DNA from: a bacterium
Lineage (GTDB): Bacteria; Oederibacteriota; CAKKQC01
Length of the DNA stretch: 64,000 nt
NCBI GenBank assembly: GCA_919901855.1
Contig: CAKKQC010000002.1
Span: forward strand, 40,296 to 104,295
Direction: 5' to 3'
Under the pieces are notes generated by a model. The model did no database searches. It had not been told where the DNA came from and saw only the letters and a list, made by a program, of their open reading frames with translations. Positions 61,260 to 64,000 of the stretch are shown piece by piece; position 1 is the first letter of the stretch; each line of letters opens with the position of its first letter. The position numbers were made by a program, and so were the translations under genes.

Positions 61260-62864
61260 GTGACAGCCGGGAAACGGACCGCCGCCCCGGCGGTCCTCGT
61301 CGCTTGCGCGGTGGCGGTCGTCTGCGCGGCCGGCCGCGCGGCGGCCGCCGACGCCGCGCCGGTCCTCAAGGTCGTCCGCACGATCGCCCTCAAGGGAGAC
61401 GTGCCGCGGGACCTCGCGCTCAGCCGCGACGGCGCGACCCTGCTTGTCGGGTGCTCGGCGGAGGGCGGGACCGGGGGCAAGGTGAAGCTCCTCGTTGCCG
61501 CCACGGGCAAGGCGCTGTGCAAGGACATCGCGGTCGGCGGTTCTCCCGTCGCCGTTGCGCTGTCGCCGGCCGGCAAGTACGCGTACGTCACCGGGGGCGG
61601 CGACGGGACAATGCTGACGCGGATCAATCTCGGCAAGTGCGAGTCGACGGGTGAGACCTCCATCACGCCGGGCGCGGGCGCGCTCGTGTTTTCCGAGGAC
61701 GGCAAGTTCGTCTACGTGGGCGGCGAGTCGGCGCCCCGCATCGACATCGTGGACATCCAGTGGAACCAGGTGGACGGCACCGTGTCGGGCCTGCCCCGGG
61801 GGCCGCGCCGGGCGGTACTGGTCCCCGGCGGCCGGTTCCTGTACGCGACAGTGGCTGGCGGGAAACTGCTCAAGATCGACCTGGTGTCGTCGGCGGTGGC
61901 GAAGACAATACCCCTGGACGGCACCGAGCTCGCGGTCTCGGCCGATGGGTCGCAGGTGTACGTGAGCGCGGGCGAATGGGACGCGGACGTGAAGGTGGTG
62001 TCGACATCGTCGGATACCGTGATCCGCACGATCGACGTCGAGCTCGTTCCCGGCGCGCTGGCCGCCGACCCGCTGGGCCGGTGGCTCTGGGTGGCTCTGC
62101 CCCGCAACGGCAAGGTCGCGGTAGTCGATCTCGAGACCGGCCGGGTCGCGGCCACGGTCAAGGCGGGCCGGCGGCCCGCCCGGCTCGCGGCTGCGCCGGA
62201 CGGCCGCACGGCCTACTGTGCCGACGCCGGCGACGCGGCGATCACGGTCATTGACGCCGCGCCCCCCGAGCCGGCGACCCCCTCCCCTGAGACCCCGGTC
62301 GTGGCGGCCGCCCCGGCGCCCGCGGCAGTTCCGGTGCTTCCGCCGGTCCAGGGCCGGTCAGAACCTGCCGTCACGGCGGCAGTTCAAGTGCTGCCGCCGG
62401 CCCCAGGCCGGTCGGAACCTGCCGTCTCCGTTGCCCCGGTCCAGATCGCGACGCCGTCCGCGACCGCGCTGGCCGTCGCGGTCACGGACTTCGAGTCCCA
62501 GGGCGTGGCCGGGAGCGTGGCGTCCATCGTCACCGAGTGGCTGCGGGACGAGGTGCTCAAGGGCGGCGCCTACCGGATGCTCGAGCGGCGGCGCATGGAC
62601 GCCGTCCTCGCCGAGCAGAGCCTCCAGCAGACGGGGTGCACGGACCAGGATTGCGCGGTCAAGCTGGGCAAGCTCCTGAACGTGAGGCGCATGATCGTCG
62701 GGAGCCTGGGCAAGTTCGAGACTTCCTACGTCATCGTCATGCGGATGGTCGACGTCGAGAACGGCCAGGTCGTCTGGAGCGGTACCGCGAAGGGGACGTC
62801 CGGCGACGAGGTGGAGTCGGCCGTGCGCCGGCTCGCCCGGGAGCTGTCCGTGTCGGGGAAGTAG
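61260..62864 (+). CDS. Secreted YVTN-type beta-propeller protein fused to a C-terminal LpoB/CsgG-like domain
   Basis: GTG 61260. Signal peptide (AAPAVLVACAVAVVCAAGRAAAA). Repeated ...DG..L.V... blades. Pro/Ala-rich linker with duplicated 17-mer (VLPPVQGRSEPAVTAAV / VLPPAPGRSEPAVSVAP). C-terminal DFESQG...ERRRMDAVLAEQ...GCTDQDCAVKLGKLLNV...DVENGQVVW. Confidence 0.65.
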   Translation: MTAGKRTAAPAVLVACAVAVVCAAGRAAAADAAPVLKVVRTIALKGDVPRDLALSRDGATLLVGCSAEGGTGGKVKLLVAATGKALCKDIAVGGSPVAVALSPAGKYAYVTGGGDGTMLTRINLGKCESTGETSITPGAGALVFSEDGKFVYVGGESAPRIDIVDIQWNQVDGTVSGLPRGPRRAVLVPGGRFLYATVAGGKLLKIDLVSSAVAKTIPLDGTELAVSADGSQVYVSAGEWDADVKVVSTSSDTVIRTIDVELVPGALAADPLGRWLWVALPRNGKVAVVDLETGRVAATVKAGRRPARLAAAPDGRTAYCADAGDAAITVIDAAPPEPATPSPETPVVAAAPAPAAVPVLPPVQGRSEPAVTAAVQVLPPAPGRSEPAVSVAPVQIATPSATALAVAVTDFESQGVAGSVASIVTEWLRDEVLKGGAYRMLERRRMDAVLAEQSLQQTGCTDQDCAVKLGKLLNVRRMIVGSLGKFETSYVIVMRMVDVENGQVVWSGTAKGTSGDEVESAVRRLARELSVSGK

Positions 62865-63036
62865 CAGGGGGCCGCGGGGCCGGGGGGCGGGAACTTCCGC
62901 CGAATCCCCGGCGGTTATTCATTCATGCCACTGGCCAAGGGCGGTTCGTGGCCGAGAGGTTGCAGGAAAGGCGGACCTTCCCTACAATACTCCACTGACG
63001 CGGAATTCCAACGCCGGGACCGCAGTCGCGACACCG

Positions 63037-64000
63037 ATGTTAATTAACGTGCACCGACCGTCGCCGGTCCCGGATCTCGACTTCAAAGTCCCCTCCGGGT
63101 GCGGCCTCACTGGCCTCATCAGCCAGAAGGGCGAACTGTTGCCCGGAGACGCCATCTACCGCTCCCTGTGCAGCATGGAGGAGCGCGGGAACGGGCTCGG
63201 CGCGGGTTACGCGGCCTACGGTATCTACCCGGACTTCGCGGCAAACCGGGCCTTTCATCTCATGTGCGACACCGAGGACGCGCGCCGCGCGGCCGAGGCG
63301 GTCCTGCGGCGCGACTGCACGATCCGGCACGACGAGCCGATTCCGACCTCGCCCGTCAAGGCGCTCAAGAACATCCCCGTGCTCTGGCGCTACTTCCTCG
63401 ACATCAAGCCCGAGGCGGTCGAGCGGGTCGGGGGCGGGGCGACCGAGCCGGACGCGGTCGTGCGGCTCGTGATGGAGATCAACCGGAAGGTTGACGGGGC
63501 TTTCGTCTTCTCCTCGGGCCGGAACATGGGCATCTTCAAGGGCGTCGGCAATCCGGAGGAGATCGGGGAGTTCTTCAGGATTCCGGCGTACCGGGCCAAC
63601 GTCTGGATCGGGCACAACCGGTTCCCGACCAACTCCGTGAGCTGGTGGGGCGGCGCGCACCCGTTCGGGCTCCTGGACTGGTCCCTCGTCCACAACGGCG
63701 AGATCTCGTCATACGGCACCAACCGCCGGTACCTCGAGTCCTACGGCTACTGGTGCACGCTCCAGACGGACACCGAGGTGATGGCGTACCTCTTCGACCT
63801 CCTCGTGCGCCGGCACGGGCTGGACTTCGACCTGGCCGCGCAGGTCATGGCCGCCCCGTTCTGGACCCGGATCGAGCGGGAGGAGGACCCCGAGGCGCGG
63901 CGGCTCTCGTCCGCCCTGCGCGCCGTCTACGGCGGCGCCCTCGTCTCGGGCCCGTTCGCCGTCCTCGTGTCCGACGGGAAGTCGCTCGTCGGGCTCAACG
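63037..64000 (+). CDS. Class-II (Ntn) glutamine amidotransferase domain protein (glutamate-synthase-like), 3'-partial
   Basis: Not in the ORF track (runs off the window). ATG 63037. VPSGCGLTG (N-terminal nucleophile Cys region), GHNRFPTNS, LVHNGEISSYGTNRRYLE are GATase-2 signatures. Confidence 0.7.
   Translation, partial: MLINVHRPSPVPDLDFKVPSGCGLTGLISQKGELLPGDAIYRSLCSMEERGNGLGAGYAAYGIYPDFAANRAFHLMCDTEDARRAAEAVLRRDCTIRHDEPIPTSPVKALKNIPVLWRYFLDIKPEAVERVGGGATEPDAVVRLVMEINRKVDGAFVFSSGRNMGIFKGVGNPEEIGEFFRIPAYRANVWIGHNRFPTNSVSWWGGAHPFGLLDWSLVHNGEISSYGTNRRYLESYGYWCTLQTDTEVMAYLFDLLVRRHGLDFDLAAQVMAAPFWTRIEREEDPEARRLSSALRAVYGGALVSGPFAVLVSDGKSLVGLN

Noticed and set aside
63040-63722. ORFs 63040..63693(-), 63099..63494(+), 63390..63722(-)
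   Set aside because: Overlap the partial class-II GATase gene (63037..end), which has GHNRFPTNS and HNGEI signatures in its own frame.
1-64000. CRISPR arrays, IS elements, transposases, integrases, rRNA
   Set aside because: Nothing was found: no regularly spaced repeats, no DDE/tyrosine-recombinase motifs, no rRNA-like conserved stretches. The only mobility signature is the pair of direct repeats around the R-M cassette.

Overview
This is a ~70% GC bacterial chromosomal segment with dense coding on both strands; because of the GC bias, a large share of the six-frame ORFs are spurious antisense or alternate-frame reading frames. No rRNA, tRNA, CRISPR array or transposase/integrase gene was found.

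Genes I can support from the sequence:
- Two tandem, paralogous giant secreted proteins built from ~95-aa PKD-like repeats followed by NHL beta-propeller repeats, and a third secreted NHL protein.
- A split cobalamin-independent methionine synthase (separate N-domain and catalytic C-domain genes), translationally coupled to a small Cys-rich zinc-ribbon ORF.
- A PTS regulatory cluster, ptsN-hprK-yvcK, separated from ptsH-ptsI by a low-GC islet, a GH57 alpha-glucan enzyme and an NHL protein.
- The tsaE-tsaB-rimI cluster.
- A GspE/PilB-type secretion ATPase with no partner secretion genes in view.
- A membrane-anchored class III nucleotidyl cyclase with unrecognised flanking domains, downstream of a Gfo/Idh/MocA oxidoreductase and a URO-D-like gene.
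- A flotillin-like SPFH protein carrying three internal ~75-aa repeats.
- GH4, amidohydrolase, beta-helix, and a sugar-phosphate catabolic cluster (epimerase, SDR, HPS/KGPDC-like, Zn-ADH).
- An ABC exporter (ATPase plus two FtsX-type permeases) followed by a LolA-like protein and an outer-membrane beta-barrel.
- ThuA-like, YVTN beta-propeller, and a partial class-II glutamine amidotransferase at the window end.

Accessory and defence content:
- A ~3.1-kb low-GC Type II restriction-modification cassette (m5C methyltransferase plus a putative PD-(D/E)xK endonuclease plus a HigA-like HTH), bounded by ~35-bp imperfect direct repeats and abutting a decayed porin-paralog fragment.
- AbiEi/AbiEii and HicB/HicA modules, an intact VapBC module, and a degraded vapBC remnant.
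- A retropepsin-like aspartyl protease.
- A gutted beta-lactamase-family remnant.

Non-coding signals I noticed:
- A four-copy family of ~28-bp perfect palindromes.
- An 18-bp motif shared by the upstream regions of two selfish-type genes.
- A GCGGCGGTACAAT promoter-like motif implying leaderless transcripts.
- A G11 homopolymer.
- Several stem-loop terminators.
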